Shown: positions 52,341 to 62,260 of the stretch, one piece after another
How positions within the stretch are numbered: the stretch's first letter is position 1
Layout of the letters: the number at the start of each line of letters is the position of its first letter
Origin: a virus
Lineage: Duplodnaviria > Heunggongvirae > Uroviricota > Caudoviricetes
Length of the DNA: 64,000 nucleotides
IMG/VR virus record: IMGVR_UViG_3300022562_001204
Coordinates: 78,551 to 142,550 of that record
Strand: one strand, 5' to 3'
Translations under genes and position numbers: made by a program
Notes under the pieces: generated by a model
Seen by the model: only the letters and a program-made list of their open reading frames with translations
What the model was told of the DNA's origin: nothing
The model's database searches: none

Positions 52341-52946
52341 TCACAAAGATTCCGCGTCGGTCACGGCGCTAGCTTCATTGGTGCCGCCACCCACCACCGT
52401 GACATCCCCGCTATTGCTGGTGTCAGTATCGCCCGATGTATCATCCAGGCTGGTGTCGGTGTCGACATCGGTCGTGATGAGATCATCATCACTGGTCATA
52501 TCGCTATCCGAGAGCGTCCCTGGGAAGGTGTACTCTGATCCAGCGAAGGTGGGTTCCACTGCAAGCAGGGTATTGATGTCATCCCAGGTCTTGTAGGGGT
52601 TGATGTAGTAGATGAAGGGGAGACCTTGCGAAGCCAGGTCGTATCTCACGACAGCCAGGCAGTACGTGGGGTCTTCCAGCTGGGTTTGTCGAGTTGACGC
52701 ACGGACGACGATCTGATAACCATCCATGGTCAGCTCGGGTGTCACGAGTACCGACTCGTCAGTCAGGAGGTCTTGAGTGTAGACCGCCTTGACGATGATG
52801 TATCGAGCCGGCATCATTGACAACTCGCCGATGGTCCAGCTACCTGGGAGTGGGAGGGCGTTACCCTCCTCATCCAGGGCGTCTGGGAAAGGGAGTACCG
52901 CACGAGCGGCATCCTCATCTGTGAATCGCAGCAGTGCGTCGAACAT
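52341..52946 (-). CDS. hypothetical protein with Asp/Thr/Ser-rich acidic C-terminus (201 aa)
   Basis: TGA stop. Confidence 0.5.
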   Translation of the reverse strand: MFDALLRFTDEDAARAVLPFPDALDEEGNALPLPGSWTIGELSMMPARYIIVKAVYTQDLLTDESVLVTPELTMDGYQIVVRASTRQTQLEDPTYCLAVVRYDLASQGLPFIYYINPYKTWDDINTLLAVEPTFAGSEYTFPGTLSDSDMTSDDDLITTDVDTDTSLDDTSGDTDTSNSGDVTVVGGGTNEASAVTDAESL

Positions 52947-52947
52947 G

Positions 52948-55302
52948 TTAGGTCACCCTGGCCATGAGAGTCGTGAGATCTTCAGGGGCTCGAACAAAAG
53001 CCACTTTCTTGATGTACCCGCCCAGAGGACTCGCCCCATTCTCAGACCCCAGATACATGGTGTCGATATAGGCATACTCAGAGTCCGTGAATGCCTGGGT
53101 CTGCACGGTACCAGACACAGATTCGGCGTAGATGTTGTTGTGATACCAGTTCATCGCCAACACCGCTTCTTCCCCTGAGGTCAGTGCCCCCAGGGACTTC
53201 GTGGTGACCGTGTCCACGTTGTTGGTCTTGTAGACGGCTGCGGCACCACCAGACTGACGGTAGAGGACGATACGTTGGGTACTGGCTGCTGATCGACGGA
53301 CCGCGAGGTACTGACTGACGTCCGTCGAGTAGCCTGGGACGATCTTCCCAGCGAAGGCCCCTACGGCCTTATCGTAGAGGAAGGTGTTGTTCAACGTCAC
53401 GACATCGGCTAGACGAGCTGTCGTAGACCCCTCGCTGATGATTGGCGAGTTGATGCTGGTGACGCCTTCCTCGTACTGGGCTCCCCAGACATAGAACCCA
53501 GAAACCCCGTCGCCTAGGTAGGTGTTACCGCTGGTGACATCGGTACCGTTCATGATCGTGAAGCGGAATGACGAACTCGATGCAGAGACACCCGTTGCCA
53601 CACACCAGTACCATCCATCGTTCAATGGGACAATACGAGCTGTATTCCAGGTGGTACCCACACGAGCCACGACCCCCGTGTTCAGGTCAAAGATGGGGTA
53701 GTTACCCCCGATACCCATGCCACGGAAACCCAAGTAACGGGTAGCGGAGCCTGGAATGACCTTCGCAAAGATCGAGCAAGCGAAGTTGACACCGTTCGTA
53801 GTGACCGCAGAGCAGATGTTCTCACGAACGTTTGTGGTATCGTCCTCAACAATCGAACAGGCCATACTGGTGTCTCCCAGTGGGGAGACAGCGGCATCGG
53901 CGGTTACAGTGGAGTAATTGGTCGTCCAGCTACTATCCGTGAGCAGGTTGCTGTAAGTGATGAGGTTGGTTCTGGCGCTACCCTGCATGAACCCATTGGC
54001 ATTGATAGCCGGCTGTCCTGCTGGGTACAGCACCACGCGTCCACTGACAATATCCCAGGCTGAACTGGACCTTGAGAAGGTCGCGTACGGAGGATGGGAC
54101 TTATGGACAGTGTAGTCGTGGGTATACGACGTCGGGGCCACGGCCTTCAGCATGTGGTTCAAACCAACGACATCTTTGGAGTACGCCATCGAGCAGATGG
54201 TCGAATTCCAGAAACTACCGGAGGTCGCTGTACAACCAATGGTCAGGGTATCAAAGTTCGCGATGTTGGGAAGCGTCGTCATGGATTGCTCCGACGCCCC
54301 CTGAAGCATTGCGAAAAACCCCCGGGTAGACCAGTTCGCAGCTACGGAAACCATGGTGTTTCCAGTGACGGCTCCGAGCGTCGTGTTCGTGATCGTTCCA
54401 TCGATGGACGTCTGCATCACCATGTACCCTGCGGCGGTGACGTAAATGATCAGTCGGTCGGTGTTGTCATTTGACAGGGAGAGCTGCCACAGTACCCTGG
54501 AGTAGGTACCGATGGCTGGGGTGACTGCCGTAAACGCCAGAGACCCCGAATATAGTCCGAACATGTTGGACGACGACATATAGACGGACTCCGCCTTTCT
54601 AGAAGTCGTCGCTCCAGTCGTGTTCAGGATCACACTCGTTACACCCACCCCTTCTTCAAAGGACGGGAGTACCGCATAGAGGACTGTGCCGGCGCTGGCC
54701 TGTACGCGCATGACGTCTGCAGCGTTGTAATCACCACTGTTCAGAACAGAGGTGTCTACAGAGTACCTGGCGTATTGGCTACCTACAGTTACGGCTGAGT
54801 TTGGAGGGTTTGTATACCCCGTACGCAAACGAATGGACCCGATTCCTCGGGCGTAGACGGATAGCGTGTGTACGTTGGTGTCACCAGTCAGCCCAGTGTA
54901 CTGGATATAGGCAGGGGTTGTGCCGAGTCTATTGTCCAGCATTACTGCGTTATTGTTCGTCAAGATACCGGAAAGTCCAGCCTCCGCAATGCAGGTACTG
55001 TCAGTTATCATTGACAGCACCGCCGCGGAGTCCCCAACAGACGTAATGCCCGTTAAGTCGGTTGGGTTCGAGAGGGGTAGTGTTTTATTGGCACGACCTC
55101 CCTCGATAACGATCCCGTAGTCATTGACACGGATGGTACCGGCAGCGGCTACCAGTAGCTCACCGTTCAGCCGGTAGGTGGACGGATCCGTACCCGTGTA
55201 AGTGGCCCAGGCGGGTAAGCCGTCTCGGAAGTCGACAGTGTGAATGATGGGCGTGCGGCTAGCGCCTCGGCTGACCGAGGTGCTCGTGGCGCTACTCTTC
55301 AT
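52948..55302 (-). CDS. tail fibre protein with LamG/concanavalin-like region, paralog A (784 aa)
   Basis: Shares the blocks GSATRYLGFRG, NDGWYWC, GAQYEEGVTSI and TARLADVVT with 56563..58917. Rich in Thr/Ser/Gly/Asn, typical of beta-rich fibre proteins. TAA stop. Confidence 0.6.
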   Translation of the reverse strand: MKSSATSTSVSRGASRTPIIHTVDFRDGLPAWATYTGTDPSTYRLNGELLVAAAGTIRVNDYGIVIEGGRANKTLPLSNPTDLTGITSVGDSAAVLSMITDSTCIAEAGLSGILTNNNAVMLDNRLGTTPAYIQYTGLTGDTNVHTLSVYARGIGSIRLRTGYTNPPNSAVTVGSQYARYSVDTSVLNSGDYNAADVMRVQASAGTVLYAVLPSFEEGVGVTSVILNTTGATTSRKAESVYMSSSNMFGLYSGSLAFTAVTPAIGTYSRVLWQLSLSNDNTDRLIIYVTAAGYMVMQTSIDGTITNTTLGAVTGNTMVSVAANWSTRGFFAMLQGASEQSMTTLPNIANFDTLTIGCTATSGSFWNSTICSMAYSKDVVGLNHMLKAVAPTSYTHDYTVHKSHPPYATFSRSSSAWDIVSGRVVLYPAGQPAINANGFMQGSARTNLITYSNLLTDSSWTTNYSTVTADAAVSPLGDTSMACSIVEDDTTNVRENICSAVTTNGVNFACSIFAKVIPGSATRYLGFRGMGIGGNYPIFDLNTGVVARVGTTWNTARIVPLNDGWYWCVATGVSASSSSFRFTIMNGTDVTSGNTYLGDGVSGFYVWGAQYEEGVTSINSPIISEGSTTARLADVVTLNNTFLYDKAVGAFAGKIVPGYSTDVSQYLAVRRSAASTQRIVLYRQSGGAAAVYKTNNVDTVTTKSLGALTSGEEAVLAMNWYHNNIYAESVSGTVQTQAFTDSEYAYIDTMYLGSENGASPLGGYIKKVAFVRAPEDLTTLMARVT

Positions 55303-56444
55303 TATGCCAGCTCAGAGATGTACAGAACCGCCGACGCTGCAGACTCGCCATCCGCGATGATCGCGGAGATGGTGCTGTTGGCCGGTACTCGGAAGTCCTT
55401 GCTACCACCATCCAAGCAGACATGCCCGGTAGTGCTCGTTACCGTCGCCGTGGCGCTGGTCTCCACCATGAACATAACCTTGGCACCGGAGGCTGTGATG
55501 CTTACGCGGGTGGTGGTCGTGGTCAGTGTCACATAGGCTGCCACGGTGGTGCAGGCAATCTGGCTCCCCGCTCCCAGCAGACCCAGGGGTTCTGAGCTGA
55601 CCCGGCCGCCCAGCAACTGATCCGTGGCTACCGCGACACTCAGAGATGCCGAGGCTGCCTTGGCGCCCAGAGTGCTAGGCAGCTGGCCAGCAATCGCCGC
55701 CAGAGTCGTATTACCCGTGGTCTGAAGTGCTGATGTGGATGCACCACTCGGAAGCGGAAGGGCTGCGGCAGAGACAGGGACCGCTGATTGGTCGTTGGCC
55801 ACGACCACCGACATAGACGCCGTCATGGCCTTCTGACCAATGGTCGTCGGGAGCTGGGCTCGCATGTTAGTGATATTGGTGTTCACTGTAGTGACACCAG
55901 CCGCGGTAGCTGCTCCCGTGGGAAGCGGTAGCGCAGCTGCCGAGATCGGCAACGTACTTTGATCTGACGACACCACGACCGGGAGGGACAGTGCCATGGT
56001 CTTTTGACCGACGGACCCAGGGAGTTTCCCGTCGATTTCGGTGACTGCGGTGATCAGCGTCGACTGATGTGTCGCAGTAGCGTAGTCAGACAGACTCACC
56101 GGTACGGAAGTCTGGTCAGATGCCAGCGTCACGGAGAGGGAGCTGACAGAGGTCTGGCTACCCAGGGAGCTTGGGAGCTTCCCGCTCATCGTCGTGATCG
56201 CGGAGATCACTGACGTCAGTGAAGCCAGCGCTCGCTTGAAAAGCGAGATAAAGGTGAAACTTCCACTATCTGACGTCGCAGCAGCGTCATCCTTCGAGCC
56301 GAAGGCCACATCCGCACCATCTGCAACGGTCACGGCACCGGAACTACCACTGCCGCTGCCACTACCGGTACCTCCACCCTTGACGACTACACCAATGTAG
56401 TACTCGCCATCATCGCCCTTTACCACTTTAAATTCATCGGACAT
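55302..56444 (-). CDS. Gly/Ala/Thr/Ser-rich tandem-repeat fibre protein, short paralog (380 aa)
   Basis: The N-terminus (MSDEFKVVKGDDGEYY...GSGSGSGSS) is followed by repeats of GKLP.S.G.KT.A.SLSV..ASDQ...PVS..ALPLPTGA and a C-terminal ...YISELA. The start is coupled to the upstream gene through a TAATG overlap. Confidence 0.55.
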   Translation of the reverse strand: MSDEFKVVKGDDGEYYIGVVVKGGGTGSGSGSGSSGAVTVADGADVAFGSKDDAAATSDSGSFTFISLFKRALASLTSVISAITTMSGKLPSSLGSQTSVSSLSVTLASDQTSVPVSLSDYATATHQSTLITAVTEIDGKLPGSVGQKTMALSLPVVVSSDQSTLPISAAALPLPTGAATAAGVTTVNTNITNMRAQLPTTIGQKAMTASMSVVVANDQSAVPVSAAALPLPSGASTSALQTTGNTTLAAIAGQLPSTLGAKAASASLSVAVATDQLLGGRVSSEPLGLLGAGSQIACTTVAAYVTLTTTTTRVSITASGAKVMFMVETSATATVTSTTGHVCLDGGSKDFRVPANSTISAIIADGESAASAVLYISELA

Positions 56445-56562
56445 ACGTGTTTCCTCGAATCCAATCCCGAATAAATAAAGATTCCAAAAGATTGCCCGAC
56501 CCCTGCCCTGACATAAAGACAGTCACACACCCGGACTATTGGGTGTGTGACTGTCCCTGTCG

Positions 56563-58917
56563 TTATATTACGCGGACCAGCAGGGCGTCTATGGCCTCTG
56601 GATAACGAGAAAACACCACCTTGTAAACTCGTCCATTCCAATACGCATTGCCGTTCTCACTACCGAGCAGCACTGTCACATAGTTCGCAGACTGGCTCAG
56701 TGTCAATGTTCCCGTTGCTTGGGTACCATTGTACTGCTTGCCATACATCTTCTCATTCTTCCAGGTCATGCCGATGTTCGTCACTGTGCCGTTCGCCACG
56801 GTGACGATACTCGTGGTCGCACCGCCATCGACGGTGTTTGTACGATACATACTCATGTTCCCGGCAGCGGTTCGGTACAACAAGAACCTATCAGAGCCGG
56901 TAGACCCTCGTCTTGAGAAGAGGTATTGGTTCAGCTGTGGATCCGTGGTGGTTAGTGCTTTCGCAGCAAACCCACCCGTGTAGTCTGAGTACAGCTGACT
57001 GTAATCCACAGTGACTACATCCGCCAAACGATTCGTGGTCGCACCCACACTGAACACCGGTGTCAGGATACTAGTGACGCCCTCTTCGTATTGAGCGCCT
57101 GCCAAGTAGAACCCTGAAGCCGTATCCCCAGTATAGGATTGCGCCCCTGACGGCGACGTGCTGGTGAGATAAACAAAGGAGAGTGGAGTGGTGCTAGCAG
57201 TGGTGCAGGTGGCAGTACACCAATACCAGCCGTTGTTGAAGCCCTTGATACTGGCGGCGGTCCATTGGGACCCCGTCCTGAGGACGGTTCCGTTGACGAT
57301 GTCAAAGACCGGGTAGTCTGTATCGACGCCTAGGCCACGGAAACCCAGGTACCGAGTGGCGCTCCCTGTGACGACCTTCACAAAGACACCGACAGCTGCC
57401 AGTACCCCGGAGGTTGGTACTTTGGCGCACTGGGCGCTGTGTACCGAGGTATCCGTGGTCTCCATCAGGGTCTTGACAAACAGACCATTTAAAGGAGTCT
57501 CGATAGTACCTGTACCCACAGACAGACCCGTCTTGGTCCAGGTACTCTGACTAAAGTCATGGCTGTACGTCAGTAGGTTGGTTCGAGCTTCGAAGATCTC
57601 GATCCCCGTGGCGGCTACGGCGGGGGTACCTGCAGCATATTGGAAGATACGGCCGTCGGTGGCCGTCATCGCAATGCTGTTTCGAGAGATCGAGAGGTAG
57701 GGTGGTAGGGACTTGTGGTTTCGGAAGTCGAAGACCTGATACGGAATCTCCACTCCTTTTAATAGAGTCTTGACATCCGCAAAGAGTTTCGAGTAGGCCA
57801 TGCACCGAATGGCCCCACCCCAGCCATAGCTGCCGTCAGAGAGCGCCCCGACATACAGAGCGTTATAACTGCTGACGTTGGAGGGCTGAGTGATCTGGTA
57901 CGTGGTACCGCCCAGGAGTTTAATACGGATCAGCCCGCTACCCCAGGTAATCGCTACCGAGATGAAGGCCCCGCCCGTGACGGTCCCGATTACCGTGTTG
58001 GTAGTTGTCCCTGAGAGGACAGTTTGAGCAATGACCGATCCCGTCGTACCGACGCCGATACTGATTCGGTTATTGACGTCTCCTGAGATGGAGTACTGGA
58101 ATAACAGGGCGTTGTTTCCCAAAGTAGGGGTCAGAGCTGTGAAAGCCAAACCTCCCTTGGTGGGATTAAACATCTTGGTTGGATCCAGCAGAAGACTGTC
58201 TGCTGACCGGGTCACTGTGCTGGTGGTGCTGTTCGCAATGGGTGTAGAGGCAACAACCGCCTCCTCAAAGCACATGAGGATCGCATAAACCACCGCACCA
58301 GGCTGGGCCTGTATCCAAATGTAGTCGTTACTGACCTTACTGCCAGCTGAGAGGGTGCTTTGATTGGAGACACACCTGCGGTACGTGGTATTCAGCGTGA
58401 AGAGGCTATTGCTGGGGTCTGTGAAGGCAGTCCTCAGCTTGACATCCCCATATCCCCGGACATAGGCCGAGATACAGTGCGTCGCTGCATTACCTGTGGT
58501 CCCAGTGAAAGCCATACTCGCAACGGTCGTACCGGCACTGTTGTCCAGTTTGTAAACATAGCTGTTCGAACAGACCCCGCTCAGCCCAGCCTCATTAAGG
58601 TAATAGACATCGGTCACTACAGAGAGCACTGAGTTAGCATCACCGACCTTCGTAACCCCTGTCGTATCGACCGGGTTATAGTTGACGACGGTGATCTTGT
58701 TCGTACGGGCTTCCTGCATCACGAGCCCGTAGCTATTCTTTTTGATGGTGTTCGCGGCTACAATAGAAGAAACACCCTCCACCCGCATGACTGCGGATGA
58801 AGGGGTCGAGTACGTTCCAAAACTCGGGATTCCTGAGTTCAGGAAGTCATGCTTGTAGACCGGGACCGAGGTCGGCGGAGCGACCGGTGAGTTGATACGT
58901 GTCCCGAACAGCTTCAT
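56563..58917 (-). CDS. tail fibre protein with LamG/concanavalin-like region, paralog B (784 aa)
   Basis: Paralog of 52948..55302. TAA stop. Confidence 0.6.
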   Translation of the reverse strand: MKLFGTRINSPVAPPTSVPVYKHDFLNSGIPSFGTYSTPSSAVMRVEGVSSIVAANTIKKNSYGLVMQEARTNKITVVNYNPVDTTGVTKVGDANSVLSVVTDVYYLNEAGLSGVCSNSYVYKLDNSAGTTVASMAFTGTTGNAATHCISAYVRGYGDVKLRTAFTDPSNSLFTLNTTYRRCVSNQSTLSAGSKVSNDYIWIQAQPGAVVYAILMCFEEAVVASTPIANSTTSTVTRSADSLLLDPTKMFNPTKGGLAFTALTPTLGNNALLFQYSISGDVNNRISIGVGTTGSVIAQTVLSGTTTNTVIGTVTGGAFISVAITWGSGLIRIKLLGGTTYQITQPSNVSSYNALYVGALSDGSYGWGGAIRCMAYSKLFADVKTLLKGVEIPYQVFDFRNHKSLPPYLSISRNSIAMTATDGRIFQYAAGTPAVAATGIEIFEARTNLLTYSHDFSQSTWTKTGLSVGTGTIETPLNGLFVKTLMETTDTSVHSAQCAKVPTSGVLAAVGVFVKVVTGSATRYLGFRGLGVDTDYPVFDIVNGTVLRTGSQWTAASIKGFNNGWYWCTATCTTASTTPLSFVYLTSTSPSGAQSYTGDTASGFYLAGAQYEEGVTSILTPVFSVGATTNRLADVVTVDYSQLYSDYTGGFAAKALTTTDPQLNQYLFSRRGSTGSDRFLLYRTAAGNMSMYRTNTVDGGATTSIVTVANGTVTNIGMTWKNEKMYGKQYNGTQATGTLTLSQSANYVTVLLGSENGNAYWNGRVYKVVFSRYPEAIDALLVRVI

Positions 58918-61900
58918 TAGGTCAGTTCCGATATGTAGAGAGTGGCCGCCGTGGCGGTCTCACCACTGGCGATGACGTACGAAATGTAGCTGTTGGCTGG
59001 GATTCGGATGTCCTTGTCGCGGCCGTCCAGGATGATGTGCCCTGAGGCAGCTGCGGCTGTCGGGGTAGACGTCGTGTCGATCATGAAGATCACACGAGCC
59101 CCGTAGGCCGTCAAGCCGAGTCGGGTCGTGGTGGTGGTCAACTGTGTGCTGGTCGAGGTGGTCGTTACATCGAGTACGCGCGCGGTGCCCAGTGAGCTAA
59201 GGGGTTCTGTGCTAACGCGGGTACCGAGCAACTGATCCGTCGCGACCGCTACGGACAGAGACGCTGAGGCAGCTTTGACCCCGATGGTAGTCGGCAGCTG
59301 GGCTCGCAGGTTGGTGATGTTCGTATTAAGCGTCGTCTGGTTGGCTGAGGTCGCGGCACCTGACGGGAGTGGCAGGGCTGATGCGCTGATTGCCACCGTC
59401 TGGTCCGATGGGAGGACCACAGGCAGAGACGCTGCGGATGTCTTTTGGCCCACGCTTGCTGGAAGCTGCCCAGAAATCGTGGTGAGTGTGGAGTTTCCTG
59501 TGGTCTGGAGTGTAGCGGTCGCAGCACCTGAGGGCAAGGGGAGTGAGGCTGCCGACACTGCCAGGGTCGCGATATCCGTAGCAAACCCAATGGACAGTGA
59601 TGCCGCTGTGCTCTTAGCTCCCAACGTGGCTGGGAGCTTATTGCTCATTGCCGCTACGGTCGTCTCTGTTGCTGCGCCGCTGGGTAGCGGTAGAGAAGCA
59701 ACCGAGGTCGGTACGGTAGCCTGGTCAGAAGCCAACACCACCGAGAACGAGTTAGCTGACGTCTTGGCGCCCACGGACGTCGGGAGTTTCCCCGACATCG
59801 CGGACAGCGTGGTTTCCGTAGCGGCGCCTGTCGGGAGCGGCTGGGATGCCAGGCTGACAGGGACTGTCGACTGATCAGAGGCCAAAACCACGGACATGGA
59901 AGCAGTAGATGCCTTCTGTCCCAGGGTGGCAGGGAGCTTTCCATTGATCCCAGAGAGGGTCGTATTACCCGTGGTCTGGAGATCCGAGGTCGCCGCATTG
60001 GTCGGAAGGGGCAGAGCCGTCGCCGAGATCGGCACCACGCTCTGGTCCGACGCGATCACCACCGCCATGGAGTTAGCGGAAGTTTTCTGACCAATGGTTG
60101 AAGGGATCTGCCCCGTCAGGTTGCTGAGAATACTGTTTCCAGTACTCTGCAACGCTGCAGTCGAAGCACCTGTGGGAAGCGGCAGAGCCGAGGCAGAGAT
60201 CGGCACAGCCGCCTGGTCATTAGCGATAACAACTGGGAGAGATGCTGACGAAGCCTTGGCACCCAACGAAGATGGCAACTTTGTATTGATCGTCGAGAGG
60301 GTCGTGTTCGCCGTCGTCTGGTTAGCCGCAGTAGCGGCACCTGACGGAAGTGGGGACGCTGCGATCGACACCGGCAGGGTGTCGATATTGCTGGCAAAGG
60401 TCACTGACAACGAAGCCGCTGAGGTATTTTGCCCGATAGTAGCAGGAAGCTGACCGGCGATAGCTGCCAGGGTGTTGTTACCCGTGGTCTGCAATGCCGA
60501 GGTTGACGCACCTGTGGGTGGTGACGCCATCGACACCGGCAGGGTCGCTGTATCCGTAGCTAGGGTCACCGACATCGAGTTTGCCGCGGTCTTGGCACCC
60601 AGGGTCGTCGGGATCTGCGCTCTCAGATTGGTGATGTTGGTATTGACCGTCGTCTGGTTCGCTGCGGTAGCTGCACCCGTGGGGAGCGGCAGCGCAGTCG
60701 CAGAGATCGGTAGTGTCGAGGTATCGGTAGCCAGAGCGACTGAGATACTCTCAGCAGCTGTCTTTGCGCCCAGAGATGCTGGGAGCTGATCTGCGATAGC
60801 CTCAAGGGTAGCTTCAGTCGCCAAACCGTCAGGGAATGTAAACCCAGTCATCGTGACCGGGAGTGCGGCTTGGTCGCTGGCGAAGGTGACCGAGATGCTA
60901 TTCTCAGTTGTCAAGCTACCCAGAGTTGCGGGCAACTGACCTGCAATTCCCTCCAGCGTAGCCTCCGTGGCCAGCCCGTCAGGGAATGTGAATCCGTCCA
61001 CTGAGACAGGAATCGTCGCCTGATCACTGGCGATCGTTACGGACATCGACGCAGCAGCCGTCTTGGTCCCTACCGAAGTAGGAAGACGACCCGCTATCGT
61101 CGACAGACTCGTGTTTCCTGTCGTCTGCAATGCTGCGGTTGACGCCCCTGTGGGGAGCGGCAAAGATGCGGCAGATACGGGGAGGGTCCCCAAGTCTGTC
61201 GCAAACGTCACTGACACACTGTTAGCAGAGGTCTGGGCACCCAGTGACGCGGGGAGTTGTCCAGCGATACCTTCCAGCGTGGCCTCCGTGGCCAAACCGT
61301 CAGGAAAGGTAAACCCATCGATGCTAACCGGAATGGTCGCCTGATCTGACGCCATCACAACTGAAAGCGATGCTGCCGACAGCTGAGACCCCACCGACGT
61401 CGGAAGACGTCCTGCGATGGTGGACAGGGTAGCGTTCCCTGTGGTCTGGTTCGCTGAGGTAGCTGCCCCTGTCGCTAGGGGTACGGAACTCAATGATACC
61501 GGAAGAGTCCCGAGGTCTGAGGCCCACGTCACTGAGAGTGAGTTGACCGATGTCTGTGTTCCTCGTGCACTAGGTAGCTGTCCTGAGATCGCCGAGAGCG
61601 TTGAATTCCCGGTCGTCTGGAGAGCTGACGTCGCGGCGCCACTCGCCAGAGGAAGTGCCGCGCTATCCGAAGCAAAGGTCACCGAGAGACTGCCTGCCGC
61701 AGTCTTGGTCCCTACCGATGCCGGAAGTTTGGTATCGATGTTCGACAACGAGGTATTCCCCGCCGTCTGAAGTGTCGCTGTGGCTGCATCGGCCACTGCC
61801 GGGAATGTCGCGTCCGAGGCAAAGACAACCGACAGGGATTCACTCCCTGTCTTCTGACCGAGCGTGGTGGGAAGTTTCCCGCTCATCGTGTTGATGGCGG

Positions 61901-62168
61901 TAACTGTACTGGTGCTGAGTGTCAAACCTCGCTTATACAGCGCCATGAAACTGAACGAACCCGTGTCACTGGTGGCGACGTTGTCTGCTTTCGCCCCAAA
62001 TGTCACGAACCCACCATCGTTGATACCGACAACATCGGCAACACCACCAGTCCCCCCGGAACTTCCTCCTCCATTGACTGCATAGAAGGCCGGGTACCAC
62101 TGGTCGTCACTGCCTTTTACAAGGGGTGCTTCAATCAACATTTCCATCCTCCTGGACAGAACAACCAA
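58917..62168 (-). CDS. Gly/Ala/Thr/Ser-rich tandem-repeat fibre protein, long paralog (1083 aa, ~23 repeats of ~37 aa)
   Basis: Repeat unit: LP(L)PTGAAT.A.QTTGN.TLS.I.G.LP.S.G.KT.A.S.SV..ASDQ...PVS. The C-terminus reads ...YISELT. TAATG overlap with the upstream gene. Confidence 0.6.
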   Translation of the reverse strand: MVVLSRRMEMLIEAPLVKGSDDQWYPAFYAVNGGGSSGGTGGVADVVGINDGGFVTFGAKADNVATSDTGSFSFMALYKRGLTLSTSTVTAINTMSGKLPTTLGQKTGSESLSVVFASDATFPAVADAATATLQTAGNTSLSNIDTKLPASVGTKTAAGSLSVTFASDSAALPLASGAATSALQTTGNSTLSAISGQLPSARGTQTSVNSLSVTWASDLGTLPVSLSSVPLATGAATSANQTTGNATLSTIAGRLPTSVGSQLSAASLSVVMASDQATIPVSIDGFTFPDGLATEATLEGIAGQLPASLGAQTSANSVSVTFATDLGTLPVSAASLPLPTGASTAALQTTGNTSLSTIAGRLPTSVGTKTAAASMSVTIASDQATIPVSVDGFTFPDGLATEATLEGIAGQLPATLGSLTTENSISVTFASDQAALPVTMTGFTFPDGLATEATLEAIADQLPASLGAKTAAESISVALATDTSTLPISATALPLPTGAATAANQTTVNTNITNLRAQIPTTLGAKTAANSMSVTLATDTATLPVSMASPPTGASTSALQTTGNNTLAAIAGQLPATIGQNTSAASLSVTFASNIDTLPVSIAASPLPSGAATAANQTTANTTLSTINTKLPSSLGAKASSASLPVVIANDQAAVPISASALPLPTGASTAALQSTGNSILSNLTGQIPSTIGQKTSANSMAVVIASDQSVVPISATALPLPTNAATSDLQTTGNTTLSGINGKLPATLGQKASTASMSVVLASDQSTVPVSLASQPLPTGAATETTLSAMSGKLPTSVGAKTSANSFSVVLASDQATVPTSVASLPLPSGAATETTVAAMSNKLPATLGAKSTAASLSIGFATDIATLAVSAASLPLPSGAATATLQTTGNSTLTTISGQLPASVGQKTSAASLPVVLPSDQTVAISASALPLPSGAATSANQTTLNTNITNLRAQLPTTIGVKAASASLSVAVATDQLLGTRVSTEPLSSLGTARVLDVTTTSTSTQLTTTTTRLGLTAYGARVIFMIDTTSTPTAAAASGHIILDGRDKDIRIPANSYISYVIASGETATAATLYISELT
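59170..61840. repeat. coding tandem direct repeats (~111-nt units) inside gene 58917..62168
   Basis: Recurrent DNA blocks such as ggcagctg.c..gcgat and ggtctg.a.tgc...g..c repeat at a ~111-nt period, mirroring the 37-aa protein repeat. Confidence 0.6.
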
Positions 62169-62208
62169 TCCTTAGCTATATGATCGTTTTGTAAAAGAAC
62201 AGTCAAAA

Positions 62209-62238
62209 TACCTACCAGAACTTCGGTTCTGGTAGGTA
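62209..62238. terminator. stem-loop tacctaccagaa-cttcgg-ttctggtaggta
   Basis: 12-bp perfect stem between the stop at 62261 and the start at 62168. Confidence 0.4.
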
Positions 62239-62260
62239 TCTATATCTATTAACTTTTTCG

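Noticed and set aside
59275-60789. Several plus-strand ORFs (199, 119, 105 aa) inside the repeat-protein gene
   Set aside because: Antisense frames of a highly repetitive Ala/Gly/Thr-coding region are expected to stay open by chance.
59170-61840. Regular ~111-nt direct repeats that could be mistaken for a CRISPR array
   Set aside because: The repeats are in-frame coding repeats of a 37-aa protein motif with no unique spacers and no cas genes. This is a tandem-repeat protein, not CRISPR.
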